A stretch of 64,000 nucleotides of DNA from Naegleria gruberi (lineage: Eukaryota). The stretch is from the NCBI GenBank assembly GCA_000004985.1, contig GG738936.1. One strand, written 5' to 3'. The notes below the pieces were generated by a model that had not been told where the DNA came from, did not search any database, and was given only the letters and a program-made list of their open reading frames with translations. The position numbers and the translations under genes are program-made. This document shows, one piece after another, positions 21,027 to 31,759 of the stretch (the stretch's first letter is position 1; the number at the start of each line of letters is the position of its first letter).

Positions 21027-21359
21027 TTTTTTAAAACTTTCTCAAAATGGATTTGGCGGGGTGAAGTTTGTTTGCAGAAATGGATGTTAAAAAAGTAACT
21101 TTGGTTTTGGTGATGTGAGAGATTGTAAATTGATATGGATGTTGTGTTGGGGATTATTTTGTGTTTTGAAAACAATAGTTTCGAATAGAGGTTCTTGTAA
21201 TCAATATCTCAATTAGATTGAACAAATATTTTTGGTATGTCTTGGTTTGTGGAGGTAACACCTCAGAAACGTTCATCATGTGATGGTTGATTAATTGTAC
21301 TTTCTTAGAGTGCACTTGGTTGGTGTCACTTTACAATAAAGAACAGATTGAGTGGTTGT

Positions 21360-22784
21360 TTATTTACGTTTGAAAATGTTAAATAGAGTGTTAGGTCTTT
21401 TTCTAACTTCTTTGGATTGTGGTGGTTCAGATGATGATGGAGGGAATGATTTAGAATTATTGTTAACTGTTTGTTGTTTCTTTTGAGATCCGTTATCTAA
21501 ATCTGAATTGAGTGATGAGATTTTGTAACCAGTGTTTTGTTCATGTTGTGAGATGATTAAACCAATAGATTGAGATCTTCTCTTTTCATTAATGACTGGA
21601 GAGCTAGTGGAAATGGAATTTGATCTATTTCTTATTTTGTTTCCAATATTTTTGAAAGAGTCAACCAATCTAAGACTAGCTCTTCTATTTTCCAAATTTG
21701 GAGTACTGGATGAGGCAGAGTTATTCGTTCTTGAAGATGAAATCACCAAACTGGACCTTCTCTGTTTTGTTTCAATATTTGCTGTAACGCTCTTTGGCCT
21801 TATTATTGATTTTGCAAGTTCTTTCACATCCTCAAAGAAGGTTAGCACATTCTCCCCAGTAACACTCGAACATTCATAAAACTTGATATCACTTCCAATA
21901 ACATTCCTATGTGAGAGAATATGTGACTCTGAAACTGTTCTATCATCCTCGAGGTCTGTCTTGACTCCTACTGCCATTATCTTTCGTTGCTGACCTCCTC
22001 TAGGAGTTCTTGGAGAGGTCATTAATAGAGCTGGACTCTGAGGGGATCCAAATTTGAAACTAGCAAGTGGATCAGCATGGGTTTCGTCTGAAGGCAGATT
22101 TGAGGTTATCTTTGATAATTGTTCATGGTAAAGGACAAGAGATTCGAATGAAGGCAGCTCTGTTACATCGTAAACCATAATCACTAAATGGGCTCTAGCC
22201 ACAGTTTTTACAAACTCCAAATCACTATCCATCATGTTTCTATTTCTTATATCTGAAAAGGAATGAGAAAGTAAGAAAAAGTTTAGTTTTACATTTCTTT
22301 CTCCATTTTCCACCTCAATCACCTTTGAATAGTCTGCTCTCAATTCATCATTCTCCTTCCTGAACGAATGTAATGATGAGAAGGATGAACTCCTCTCCGA
22401 TAGAACCGATTGATCATCATTGGCTGTCCAAGTAGAAGCCTCATCATCTAATTCTTCTTCATCTCCCACCTGACGAATTGAATTCATAAATGTAGAAGGA
22501 TTGTAGTAACCATTAATCATGTAAGAAACCAGTGATTTCTTACCAACTCCTCTTGTACCTAACACACAAATATTGTAGGCTTGAGGATTTTGATTTGATA
22601 CATTGTTGGCTGAATTATTATTGGTTGTATTCGAAGTCGTTACGGCACTCGAAGAGAGCAGATCTGATGAAGAACCACCTCCCAATAACATTGAGGGTAT
22701 AATATTCAATAGACTACTCCTTCTCCTCCTGATGAGTGTAGCAGAAGAGGTTGTGTCATGGTTATTATTATTGTTCATCATCAT
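21360..22784 (-). CDS. Divergent Ras-superfamily small GTPase-domain protein with long low-complexity N- and C-terminal extensions.
   Basis: The motifs found are a P-loop GTRGVGKKS, a G4-like VKTD and a G5-like ECSSV. No DxxGQ (G3) motif was found, which suggests a pseudo-GTPase or a highly divergent one. The start is taken at the ATG run MMMNNNNN, because the ORF-track start is a TTG. Confidence 0.5.
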   Translation of the reverse strand: MMMNNNNNHDTTSSATLIRRRRSSLLNIIPSMLLGGGSSSDLLSSSAVTTSNTTNNNSANNVSNQNPQAYNICVLGTRGVGKKSLVSYMINGYYNPSTFMNSIRQVGDEEELDDEASTWTANDDQSVLSERSSSFSSLHSFRKENDELRADYSKVIEVENGERNVKLNFFLLSHSFSDIRNRNMMDSDLEFVKTVARAHLVIMVYDVTELPSFESLVLYHEQLSKITSNLPSDETHADPLASFKFGSPQSPALLMTSPRTPRGGQQRKIMAVGVKTDLEDDRTVSESHILSHRNVIGSDIKFYECSSVTGENVLTFFEDVKELAKSIIRPKSVTANIETKQRRSSLVISSSRTNNSASSSTPNLENRRASLRLVDSFKNIGNKIRNRSNSISTSSPVINEKRRSQSIGLIISQHEQNTGYKISSLNSDLDNGSQKKQQTVNNNSKSFPPSSSEPPQSKEVRKRPNTLFNIFKRK

Positions 22785-22944
22785 TTCGTTTTTTTTAAAA
22801 TGAAATTGTGTGTGCTTGGTTGAGTAAGGAAAAAGGGCGGGCTGTAGATATGTGATGAAAGACAATGTGTGGCTATTGGAATAGAGGAAGATTAAATGAC
22901 TACAATCTACGATGACTATTGAGAATTGAGAGATTGAAATGTTT

Positions 22945-24703
22945 TTAATACTTTTTCAATTTCTTGGCGGCTGTTGTTGGAGTGTAAGTAAAATCTGACC
23001 TAATAGCAATAAATCTGTTTTGATAGGAAATTACTGGGTTGACCAAGGTAAGACCTTGAAGAGATGGAAGTGGGAATCCTCTCTTTGCAAGAGTATTACC
23101 AATTGGAACAACTCCATATTCGAAAATTAAATCAACAATAGTAGAAACCAATTGAACGTCCAATGGGCCAATATTTGAATAAGCAAGTGTGACATTAGAA
23201 CTCTTATAAGTAAGGGTTCCAGTGATATTGGAGGCAACAATAGAAGCTTCCAAATCCATAACAGCATTGAAATTCAAAGCAAAGGCATTGACTGGTCCAG
23301 TTGGTTGAACAACTTGGAAAATGGCTTGAGCAATGAGGTTAACCTCAGCACCATTAGCTGGAGAAATGGAAATAGTTGGTGGACTAGCAGTGGTAAAGTC
23401 AATTTGCATTTCAAGACCTGGATATTTTGCGTATAATTGAGGAAGGAAATATTGCAAATTAGTAGTGTTGAAAAGCCATTGGAAAGAAGATGGGAAAATG
23501 TGTTGAGTGAGTAAATAATTGAACAATCCAGCTTCGTTAAAAGCAAATCCAGCAGTATTGAGGGTATAATCACTGACAAAGATTTCAGCCATCTTATCAG
23601 CTCCAAGAGAGTTTGGCATTGAAGGAGTTGGTCCTGCATAACCTGGTTGATTCTTAACAAATAATCTACCAGCAGTTCCAACAATGAGAGAATTTGAAGT
23701 ATTGTAGACAACACTTTGCAAAGTACTATCAAATAAAACACCCATTGATAAGATTGGAATTTGGAGATTGAGAGTTGCCAATTCCTTACTCAAGACAGTA
23801 TTAATAGCTCCAGCAACTTGAGTATTGATGGCGTTTTGTGCACTTTGTTCAATAGAGTCTCTGAAATTGTTGAGGAAAACATTGTACAACCAACTTGCTC
23901 CACCATGTAATTTCAAATTAAAGCTAGTGAATTTGGCATTGAAATTTCCAAGAACGACATTGAAGTGAGATTCATCAATAATCACAATTTGAGCTGTAAG
24001 AGTGATATCAACTATGTGGTGTTAGAAACTATTCTAAACTAATTACATACTTGCAACAGAAGCATCAGCACTACCTGAATCACTAATATGTGGCCATGAA
24101 TCCTCTAATATTGTTTGTAAAATTAATATTCATCCAAACTAATAATACTAACCTCTGTAATGCCAATTCTGATCAAAATATTATTAATTAATTAATGTCA
24201 ATAAAAACTTACACAATGAAGACTAGCTTGAGCATTGCTAATAGTAATTTGGAGAGCAGTTGGACCAACAACAATTGATGGAATAGAGATATCAAAATTA
24301 CTCAAAGTAATTTGAGAAATGGTGGCAGTTAAATGTCCGATTGGTGTATCTGTAATAATAAATTTCAACATTAAATAACACTTCCTCACAACATACCAAC
24401 TCTAGTTGTAACATCAGGAATAGCAATAGTTGATGTGATTTGTTTTTGAATAAATGGCGTTAATTGATTAGACATGTAATTCAAAGCACGTTGTTGTGTA
24501 TTAACAGAAATTCCAGATGGCAAAACCATAGGTTGTTTAACAGAAGAATTCTTTTTTAATTTATGAATAGAGATTGGCTTTAATGATTCCGAGCCACCAA
24601 TCATCATCATCAAGACAACAATGATCAAAGTTGTTCCAACCAAGAACAAGCTAGTGTTGTTATTCATATTTCTCTTCATTTTTTTCTTCGCTGATTTTTT
24701 CAT
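22945..24703 (-). CDS. Secreted BPI/LBP/CETP-like lipid-binding protein (tentative), with about 6 exons.
   Basis: The first exon has a signal peptide (NTSLFLVGTTLIIVVLMMMIGG). Short exons at about 24386..24700, 24198..24345 and about 24030..24130 are joined by GTATGT/GTAAGT donors to the large exon 22945..23985. The protein is beta-rich with alternating hydrophobic residues (ISQITLSNFDISIPSIVVGPTALQITISNAQASLH). The BPI-fold assignment rests on composition and pattern and is not certain. Confidence 0.4.
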
Positions 24704-24907
24704 TGTTGGAATTTTCAGTAAAGCCTTACCAGGTTTTTTGAAGATGCACACAACGCAGCCTTCACAACTTGAAAAAAAAAGCCTTTATATTGTTGCTGAT
24801 AATTTTTGTTTCCATTGGCAGTGGCACAATGTAAGGCTGAAAAATATATTGAGGGGCGATTAAGTTTCTTTTTCGGAACACTTGATTACCTAGAAATTAA
24901 CAAAAAA

Positions 24908-27100
24908 ATGAGCAAAATTAAACCTGCAGACATGTTGGAGGCATCACTACAACAAATTAAAAATGTTGTTGGTGTTGGTTCATCATCGGAGAGTGTTGGA
25001 AAGATTGTGGTGAATGTTAGCAAGATTTTGGAGGAAAATTCTGCCTATTTGGGGATTACTACATTTTACGAGAGTAACAAGTTGACATCTTCGCAGTTTG
25101 GATCAAGTTGTAGGAATTTTCAGAAATGTTTGGATAGAGTGGAACATTTGGAATTGAGTGGAAATCAGTTGGAGTATTTTATTGTTAATGAAAAGTTGAC
25201 AAGTGACTCAAAGTATTTTGTTAGCCAATTTGCAAAGAGTTTGACATTCTTGGATTTATCTAATAACATGATCAAGAATTTTCCTATTGAATGTTTGAGT
25301 ATTCCATTAAAAATATTAAATTTGGAAAATAATTTAATTACGAGTTTGGAAAATCTAGTGAAAGAGTTGAATGAGAACAAATCGGAAATGAAATTGTTGA
25401 ATTGTCTTGAGAGTTTAAATATTTCCAAAAATTTAATTCAACATTTTCCATTCTACATAATTGTTAAAAAGTTCAAAAAGGTTGATAGTATTGACCTAGG
25501 TGAAAATCCATTACAATCTCTTTCTATTAACATGTTGAAGGAACAGAAAAAGGGAATATTTGGAAGTAACGCATCATCTTCTGATAAAAACGAAGACATC
25601 AAGATATTGACTGACTATTCAGATGCTTCTATTACAAGTGTAAAGATGAACTCTATTGACCTTGAAACTATTAGAAAGAGGCTCGAGTTGAAAACTCCAT
25701 TATTATCCAACAAAACCAATTCAATTTTTAATTTATTTAAAAAGAAAATATCAGATGATATTTCATTCGATAACAGCAAGGATTTCTTCCCTGTGGAGTT
25801 ATTTGATCTTCCAAATATACAACATCTAGACCTTTCCAAAAACAAACATTTAAATTATTCCAAGATGAAACAACTTGTACTCAGTCCATCCATAACATCA
25901 CTTAATCTGTCCAATTGTCAATTAGATGAATCTGTTTCTAGAATATTCAAATCAATTTTAAACAATTCTATCAGGAAGTTGATATTACACAACAATAATA
26001 TCAAGGAAATTTTAATAGAAGATTTTCCAAATATCATTTCAATTAATTTATCCAATAATATTGAATACTACAAAAAGGATGAGAATATTTATAACATACT
26101 ATCGAATGTTAATCCAAAAATTGAAGAATTAACATTGAAACGAGTTTTTAAGAACGAAGAAGGATACAAAGACCTATTAAATCTGAGTCTTATAAGAAAT
26201 AATCTAGAAGTGCCCAAAATTGGAATTTCCTTATCCAAGTTTTCCAGTATCAGATCTTTGACACTCAGTGGATTATTTCTTTCATCAATTCCTTTAGATA
26301 TTAACCAATCAAATATGCCTAACATTGAATTTTTGGATCTTTCAGAAAATGAAATTGGAGATTTTTCTAGTAATTTGTTAATGCTCACAGAATTGAAGTC
26401 GATAGACCTCTCATTCAATAATATTTCAACAATAGATGTAGATGATGAAATGTGCAACTTGACCAAGCTTACATCATTGGACCTTTCGCATAATAATCTC
26501 ACAGAATTTCCAATTGATCTAGTTCTATTATTACCCTCTATAGATATTCTTTCTCTTGAGTACAATACTAGTAATTTGAAAACAGCAAGAGAAGACAAGA
26601 ATGATATATTCAACCAATGGATGAAGGATCATAGTTCTGTGAAAATTAAACGAATGCTCATTGAACCAAGTTTAATTCTTGAGAGATTATATCTGGGAGG
26701 AAATGGTTCTGCCCAAAGTAAACACAATATGAAATTACTGGGCATTACTCACGTATTGAATGTTGCTGAGGGTTTAATAGCTCCATATCCTTTCGATTTC
26801 AAATATAAGAAAGTTGAACTTTCTGATACGTTAGGCGAGGATTTACTTCCGCACATAGATGCTTGTGTAAAATTTATAGAAGAGGCCATTGATTCACAAG
26901 GAACCATTCTTGTGCATTGCAAGGCAGGAGTAAGTCGTTCTGCCTCAATGGTAATTGCTTATGTAATGAAGAAATTCAAACTCTCTTTAGATGAAGCAAC
27001 TCAAATGGTAAAGGAGAAGCGTTCACAGATTTGTCCTAATGGAGCATTTGTAAAACAATTGGAAGATTATGGACGTTTATTGAATCGTGAATCACATTAG
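24908..27100 (+). CDS. mpl1: Leucine-rich-repeat protein with a C-terminal dual-specificity phosphatase domain (MPL1-like MAP kinase phosphatase with LRRs).
   Basis: There are many LxxLxLxxNxL repeats (LDLSNNMIKNFP, LNLENNLITSLE, LDLSHNNLTEFP and others). The C-terminal DUSP domain carries the active site VHCKAGVSRSASMVIAYVM (HCxxGxxRS). This architecture is known from Dictyostelium MPL1. The ATG at 24908 follows an upstream region without a good start. Confidence 0.75.
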   Translation: MSKIKPADMLEASLQQIKNVVGVGSSSESVGKIVVNVSKILEENSAYLGITTFYESNKLTSSQFGSSCRNFQKCLDRVEHLELSGNQLEYFIVNEKLTSDSKYFVSQFAKSLTFLDLSNNMIKNFPIECLSIPLKILNLENNLITSLENLVKELNENKSEMKLLNCLESLNISKNLIQHFPFYIIVKKFKKVDSIDLGENPLQSLSINMLKEQKKGIFGSNASSSDKNEDIKILTDYSDASITSVKMNSIDLETIRKRLELKTPLLSNKTNSIFNLFKKKISDDISFDNSKDFFPVELFDLPNIQHLDLSKNKHLNYSKMKQLVLSPSITSLNLSNCQLDESVSRIFKSILNNSIRKLILHNNNIKEILIEDFPNIISINLSNNIEYYKKDENIYNILSNVNPKIEELTLKRVFKNEEGYKDLLNLSLIRNNLEVPKIGISLSKFSSIRSLTLSGLFLSSIPLDINQSNMPNIEFLDLSENEIGDFSSNLLMLTELKSIDLSFNNISTIDVDDEMCNLTKLTSLDLSHNNLTEFPIDLVLLLPSIDILSLEYNTSNLKTAREDKNDIFNQWMKDHSSVKIKRMLIEPSLILERLYLGGNGSAQSKHNMKLLGITHVLNVAEGLIAPYPFDFKYKKVELSDTLGEDLLPHIDACVKFIEEAIDSQGTILVHCKAGVSRSASMVIAYVMKKFKLSLDEATQMVKEKRSQICPNGAFVKQLEDYGRLLNRESH

Positions 27101-27724
27101 TTGACATTTCTTTTTCTTTGAGAATAATTCCCTTTGGTGATGATAATACACAAGAGTTTTGGCAAAAACCTCGCTCAAGTCCTTTGTATTACCCTTCTCA
27201 ACATCAGCAATTACTGAGCTTTCCACATAGGTACAACAACCTGTAGAACGAGCCATCAATTCACCCTCACTGAAACTAATTGGTGCTGTAAATTGTTGAA
27301 ATTTCAATTCTTTGAGAATTTTTGTATTCTTTCTCAAATCAATCTTACATCCCATTAATATGATTGGAGTATCTGGTTTGTGAAATCTAATTTCTTTAAT
27401 CCACTTGTACTGAATATTTTCAAAACTACTTGTAGAAACTATACTAAAGCAAAGACAAAATAGATCAGTTTCTGGATAGCTCAGCGGTCTTAATTTATCA
27501 TAACTTGAATTGGAATAAGATATCAGATTGTGAATTCAATAAGTACTTACTCTTCCTGACCTGCAGTATCCCATAAATCAAACTTTGAAATCTCTTCCGA
27601 ATCACCATAGTATGAAATACAAGCAACATCACATGGACCATGTAAATATTCGGGTACATATCCCCAACCCAAATAATAAATTAATGAAGTTTTTCCAACA
27701 GCTCCATCACCATTAATTATCTTA
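27092..27724 (-). CDS. Rho-family small GTPase, with at least 2 exons visible and a C-terminal CAAX box (CQLM).
   Basis: The exon 27551..27724 (5' limit 27720 or 27724) encodes KIINGDGAVGKTSLIYYLGWGYVPEYL...DLWDTAGQE. A 47-nt GTAAGT intron (27504..27550) follows, and exon 27092..27503 encodes DYDKLRPLSYPETDLFCLCFSIVSTSSFENIQYKWIKEIRFHKPDTPIILMGCKIDL...KKKKCQLM. This exon has no in-frame ATG, so the start must be supplied from upstream (see finding). Confidence 0.7.
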
Positions 27725-27744
27725 CTGAAATCAGTAAATTCAAT

Positions 27745-28254
27745 TCATCGACTTACCACTTTTTTATTAATTGACTTTCCTTTTTTTTCCACATCAAATC
27801 CTCTTAAAGGTTGCAAATGTTGCTCCTTAATAGTCAATTTAATTTCTTTGAAATTCTGATAAAGTTCTTTCTCATCTTTTCCATAAGAACGAATATTGGC
27901 TATTTTAATTCTTTCCTTTTTACTTTGCTCAATTTCCTTCTGAAATTTTTCTTTTAATTCCAAAAATGATTTTCGATAATCCTTTTCCAGAGATAGATAC
28001 GGACCATACAATTGATCCATTCTATGTCTATTATGCGGACCATATATAACATAATATCGATATCTGGAAATTTCCGATTTCATACTCTGAATTTTACTTT
28101 TAACAAATTCCTTTTGAAATTCATCATGACTAATAATTAGCGAATTAAATGATGTGGAAATTAAACGAATGGTATCTTGCAGGAAATGACAATCTAAAAA
28201 ACTGAAAACCACTCCAAGCTCATCAGTATTTAAACGTTCCAACATTTTTTTCAA
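27745..28254 (-). CDS. F-box-like domain protein, either a stand-alone ORF or the N-terminal part of a fusion with the downstream Rho GTPase.
   Basis: A 169-aa ORF whose N-terminus LNTDELGVVFSFLDCHFLQDTIRLISTSFNSLI fits the F-box pattern (L..E.L..IFS.LD...L...RLVSK.F..LI). The rest is Lys/Glu-rich and helical. The stop overlaps a GTAAGT immediately 5' of the Rho exon. Confidence 0.45.
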   Translation of the reverse strand: MKKMLERLNTDELGVVFSFLDCHFLQDTIRLISTSFNSLIISHDEFQKEFVKSKIQSMKSEISRYRYYVIYGPHNRHRMDQLYGPYLSLEKDYRKSFLELKEKFQKEIEQSKKERIKIANIRSYGKDEKELYQNFKEIKLTIKEQHLQPLRGFDVEKKGKSINKKVVSR

Positions 28255-28296
28255 AGTTCACAGAGCAGATTACCTTTACAATTTAATTGTTGGTAT

Positions 28297-29154
28297 TTAT
28301 TCGAAATGAATGGTGGTACGTACTCCATAATGATCTGAAACTTCAATTCCATCCTCATTCTTCCATCTGATTATGTCGAATGAATGTTTGCAATTATTCG
28401 AAATAAAAACATGATCTAAACACCAATTATTAAATGTTGGAATTGGATAGGTCACTGGGTGTCTACTTGTATCATCGCCAAAAACATTTTTCAGCCCCAA
28501 TGAACTCATACTATTTTTCAAGTAGGCATAACTATCATTCGAATGCAATGAATCAATATTGTAATCTCCACAAATTACAACTCTAACATTTTCAAAATCA
28601 ATCTGGTAATGATTTCTGAAATTGTCAATCTTGTCATTCACAAATTGAACCAATTCCTTAATTTGTTCTCTCCTTGACCTATCCTTATGAGCATCCATAT
28701 GAACTGAAAATATCATCAAATAATCAGCATCACCTTCTTCATTCTTCTTCTTCTTAATAAGTGCATAGAGAATTCCCTTTGCAACAATATACTCTGTATA
28801 ACTTGCATATTGGAAAATGTAATTTTCACTCTCTAGAATTTCATGTCTCGTTAATAGAAGTAATCCAGAATCTTGCATAAATAATTTGGGAGGTTGAGAT
28901 TGAATGCACTGGTAGCCTAAATTATTTGCCTCACTGATCAAGAGTGTTTTAAGTTCGGAATTGAATGAAAATCCATTGAATAAACCAAATCCACCAAATT
29001 CAAACATTTCCTGAAGTGCAATCACATCTAAATCTTTTCCTTCATTTTGTAAATTTTCAATAAAACCAACAATTCGTTCCTTCTTGTGGGGTGGAACTCG
29101 TAGGGAGAGGGAAGTGAGCCACAGATTGTAACTGAGAAGATTCATATTTTTCAA
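28297..29154 (-). CDS. Endonuclease/exonuclease/phosphatase (EEP) family hydrolase, neutral sphingomyelinase- or nocturnin-like.
   Basis: EEP signatures are present: LSYNLW near the N-terminus, VVICGDYN in the middle, and the C-terminal SDHYGV motif (SDHxPV-type catalytic His). The ORF is 285 aa. Confidence 0.65.
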   Translation of the reverse strand: MKNMNLLSYNLWLTSLSLRVPPHKKERIVGFIENLQNEGKDLDVIALQEMFEFGGFGLFNGFSFNSELKTLLISEANNLGYQCIQSQPPKLFMQDSGLLLLTRHEILESENYIFQYASYTEYIVAKGILYALIKKKKNEEGDADYLMIFSVHMDAHKDRSRREQIKELVQFVNDKIDNFRNHYQIDFENVRVVICGDYNIDSLHSNDSYAYLKNSMSSLGLKNVFGDDTSRHPVTYPIPTFNNWCLDHVFISNNCKHSFDIIRWKNEDGIEVSDHYGVRTTIHFE

Positions 29155-29247
29155 TTTAATTGGATTTTTAAATTCTTGAAACTAAACTGGATTTGATATT
29201 TCAAATCTAGATTAAAATTGTAAAGTGTTGAAAATAGAAAAAAAACT

Positions 29248-30359
29248 TTAATCGAACAATGGAAGACTCCAGAAATTGATTGGATCACAAGTTCTAGTGA
29301 GATTGTTCTTTTCCAAACCTTCAAGAGATTCCATATCTTCACTTGACAATTCAAAATCAAAGATCTTGCTATTTTCAATAATTCTTTCTTCCTTAGTTGA
29401 CTTTGGAATAACAATACATCCTCTTTGAGTAGACCACTTCAACAAGATTTGAGCAGGAGTCTTTCCTAACTTTTCAGCCAAAGACTTGACAGTTTGATTG
29501 TTAACAGGTGAACTTTCATTAAAGTGACCAAGTGGAGAATAAGCAACCAAAGCAATATCACCAAGAGCTTGCTTCAATTTACGTTGATTAAGGTATGGGT
29601 GACATTCAACTTGATTAGCAGCTGGCTTAATTCTGGCATAAGTCAACAAATCATAAACAAGAGCAATTGGGAAATTTGAAATACCAATTGACTTGACCAA
29701 ACCATCATCAACAAGTTTTTCCATTTCTTCCCATGTTTCTCTGAGTGGAACAGCTTCCATAGCAATCTTTCCATTTTCATCCTTTGGGAAAACATTTTCA
29801 TCCTTCTTAATATCATCACCAACATATTTGAAATTGAAAGGCCAGTGAATCAAGTACATGTCCAAATAATCTAACTTTAAATCACTCAAGGTTTGAAGAC
29901 AAGCCTTTCTAACATGTTCCTTCTTGTGGAAAGTATTCCAAAGCTTGGAAACAACATAAACATCGGAACGATTAAACTTCTTTTCAGTATTAAAGAGTCT
30001 ATCAAAGGTTTCACCAATTTCCTGTTCGTTTCTATAGATGGCTGCACAATCAATATGACGATAGCCTTGTTCGAGAGCAAATTCAACAGCACGTGAAACT
30101 TCTCCTGGAGCAGATAACCAAGTACCTTTTTATCAATATATTATTTATGTAAATATGTATATATGTATTGTTGAATAGAATATTATATTAATAATTGATC
30201 ATTATCATCACAATAATATTAATCATCATCACACAATATATATTCATATTAAAATAATGAATTTAATAAATTAAAATCAAGCTTACCTAAACCAAAGATT
30301 GGCATCTTGGTACCATTATTCAAAGTGATGGATTGATCGAGTGGAGTAACTTGAGACAT
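29248..30359 (-). CDS. Aldo-keto reductase (aldose reductase-like, AKR1 type), 2 exons.
   Basis: Exon 1 is 30287..30359 (MSQVTPLDQSITLNNGTKMPIFGLG). A 160-nt intron (30127..30286, GTAAGC...AAAAG) follows. Exon 2 is 29248..30126 (TWLSAPGEV...IDCAAIYRNEQEIGE...LDYLDMYLIHWP...). The classic AKR N-terminus and active-site region are present. Confidence 0.8.
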
Positions 30360-30734
30360 TTTTGTTCTTTTTTCTATTTGTTTAATTCCTATATATTGTT
30401 TGCATTGCACCTTCTCAAGTTTAAGAAGAAGAAAACTTTGAATTACTCCACTCTGGTAATCCTACGTTCATATGCATTGTAAAGTTACAAATAAACTTCG
30501 ATGGTACGTCCTTTAATCGGAGTTGGGCTGTATTAGTGCATACTCGGTGAGAATAATTTTGAGTAGAAATGATTACATGAATAATTAACCTGTGCTGGTA
30601 ACGCTTACCATATTGCATTTCCTTTATAGTAACAGTTCAGTGTACAACAGAAATTTATTGGAAGGTTTGATTTTTGAAGAGCTACAAAAGGAAGCATTAA
30701 GAAGATATTGCAAAATTGAAAATCACACAAAAAA

Positions 30735-31721
30735 ATGTTAGAAAGACAACCACTTGTTTATCAAGCATCATTTGATGTTGTTACAAACCAATCAGTGTTT
30801 ACTCCTTCTCTACTGTTGAGGGAGTACAAGCATGTGAAGGGAATAAGTACATTCACATCTTCAAGAGTTGATTATCATTCTAACTCAGTTAGTTGGCAAT
30901 TACCACAACAATTCGAAACTGAAACTCTTCCATTGTTGGACAATTTATTGAACAGACACAGTGCATGGTTTCTTCCATTCTACATGTTCTCAATGTTGGC
31001 TGCATCGTTATTCAGTTTGATTGGTTCTGCATTGCCAACTTTTATTGGTTGCATTTTCATGTTGTTTTTCAATTATGAGAGAAATAGAAAATTGAAGAAG
31101 AATATGGAAAATATTATTGAACAAGAAAATGAACTCAATTTCAAACCAAAAGGTTTATTGTTGGTTTTGAATCCAAATGGAGGAATTGGAAAGTTTGATT
31201 TGGGTGGAAGTTGGACTTTGAATATTGTGTCAAATGCTTCATTCATTGATAATGGAACTCCAAATATGAAAATTCATGAAATTGTTGCTACTAATGATAC
31301 AGTCACTCGTTTATTTAATCAAGAACTTCCACAATGTATTTCAGAAAGATTTGGTCTTTCACAAATTGACTGGGGTGAAACAATTGAAGAAATGAATAGA
31401 ATTTATTTGAGTGAAATTGAAATGGAAGAAAGGTTAATTATCAAACCATTGTATTGTTATTTGTTTGCATGTTCCTTCCTTTTTAACATTCCAATTCTTG
31501 TTACATTTCCAATTCCAATCATTTATTATTTAATTGTCAAGTATTTGAAAATTAACAAATTTAAACAATCCAATCAAGTATTGATGGAATCTTTCATCAG
31601 TGAGAGAAATGAGAAAGTATTTGTACCTAAAGGATTATATTTGAATTTAATTCAAGAGAAAGCAATCGCTTCAGTTTCCACATATCAAAATATTCTTCAA
31701 CTCTGTCAATTACAACATTAA
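30735..31721 (+). CDS. Hypothetical multi-pass membrane protein.
   Basis: A 328-aa ORF with a verified ATG. It has a hydrophobic pair near residues 75-105 (FLPFYMFSMLAASLFSLIGSALPTFIGCIFMLFF) and another near the C-terminus (LYCYLFACSFLFNIPILVTFPIPIIYYLIV). Confidence 0.4.
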   Translation: MLERQPLVYQASFDVVTNQSVFTPSLLLREYKHVKGISTFTSSRVDYHSNSVSWQLPQQFETETLPLLDNLLNRHSAWFLPFYMFSMLAASLFSLIGSALPTFIGCIFMLFFNYERNRKLKKNMENIIEQENELNFKPKGLLLVLNPNGGIGKFDLGGSWTLNIVSNASFIDNGTPNMKIHEIVATNDTVTRLFNQELPQCISERFGLSQIDWGETIEEMNRIYLSEIEMEERLIIKPLYCYLFACSFLFNIPILVTFPIPIIYYLIVKYLKINKFKQSNQVLMESFISERNEKVFVPKGLYLNLIQEKAIASVSTYQNILQLCQLQH

Positions 31722-31759
31722 CTTTAAATAAAATCAATAAGATATTTAGTAGTATTAAA

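Noticed and set aside
23274-23741. A 155-aa minus-strand ORF inside the BPI-like exon in another frame. The same pattern applies to the internal antisense ORFs at 2137..2328, 13522..13722, 25165..25428, 26089..26613, 33579..33887, 50838..51179 and 52540..52925.
   Set aside because: These are nested or antisense to much longer, well-supported CDSs. Their translations are Leu/Phe/Ile/Lys-rich, typical of out-of-frame AT-rich DNA.
29151-29414. An 87-aa ORF between the EEP and AKR genes.
   Set aside because: It overlaps the AKR 3' end in another frame and the intergenic spacer, with no recognisable features.
29886-30092. Minus-strand and plus-strand ORFs of about 68 aa listed as separate ORFs.
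   Set aside because: The region is the continuous second exon of the aldo-keto reductase in a different frame, so the listed ORFs are out-of-frame shadows.
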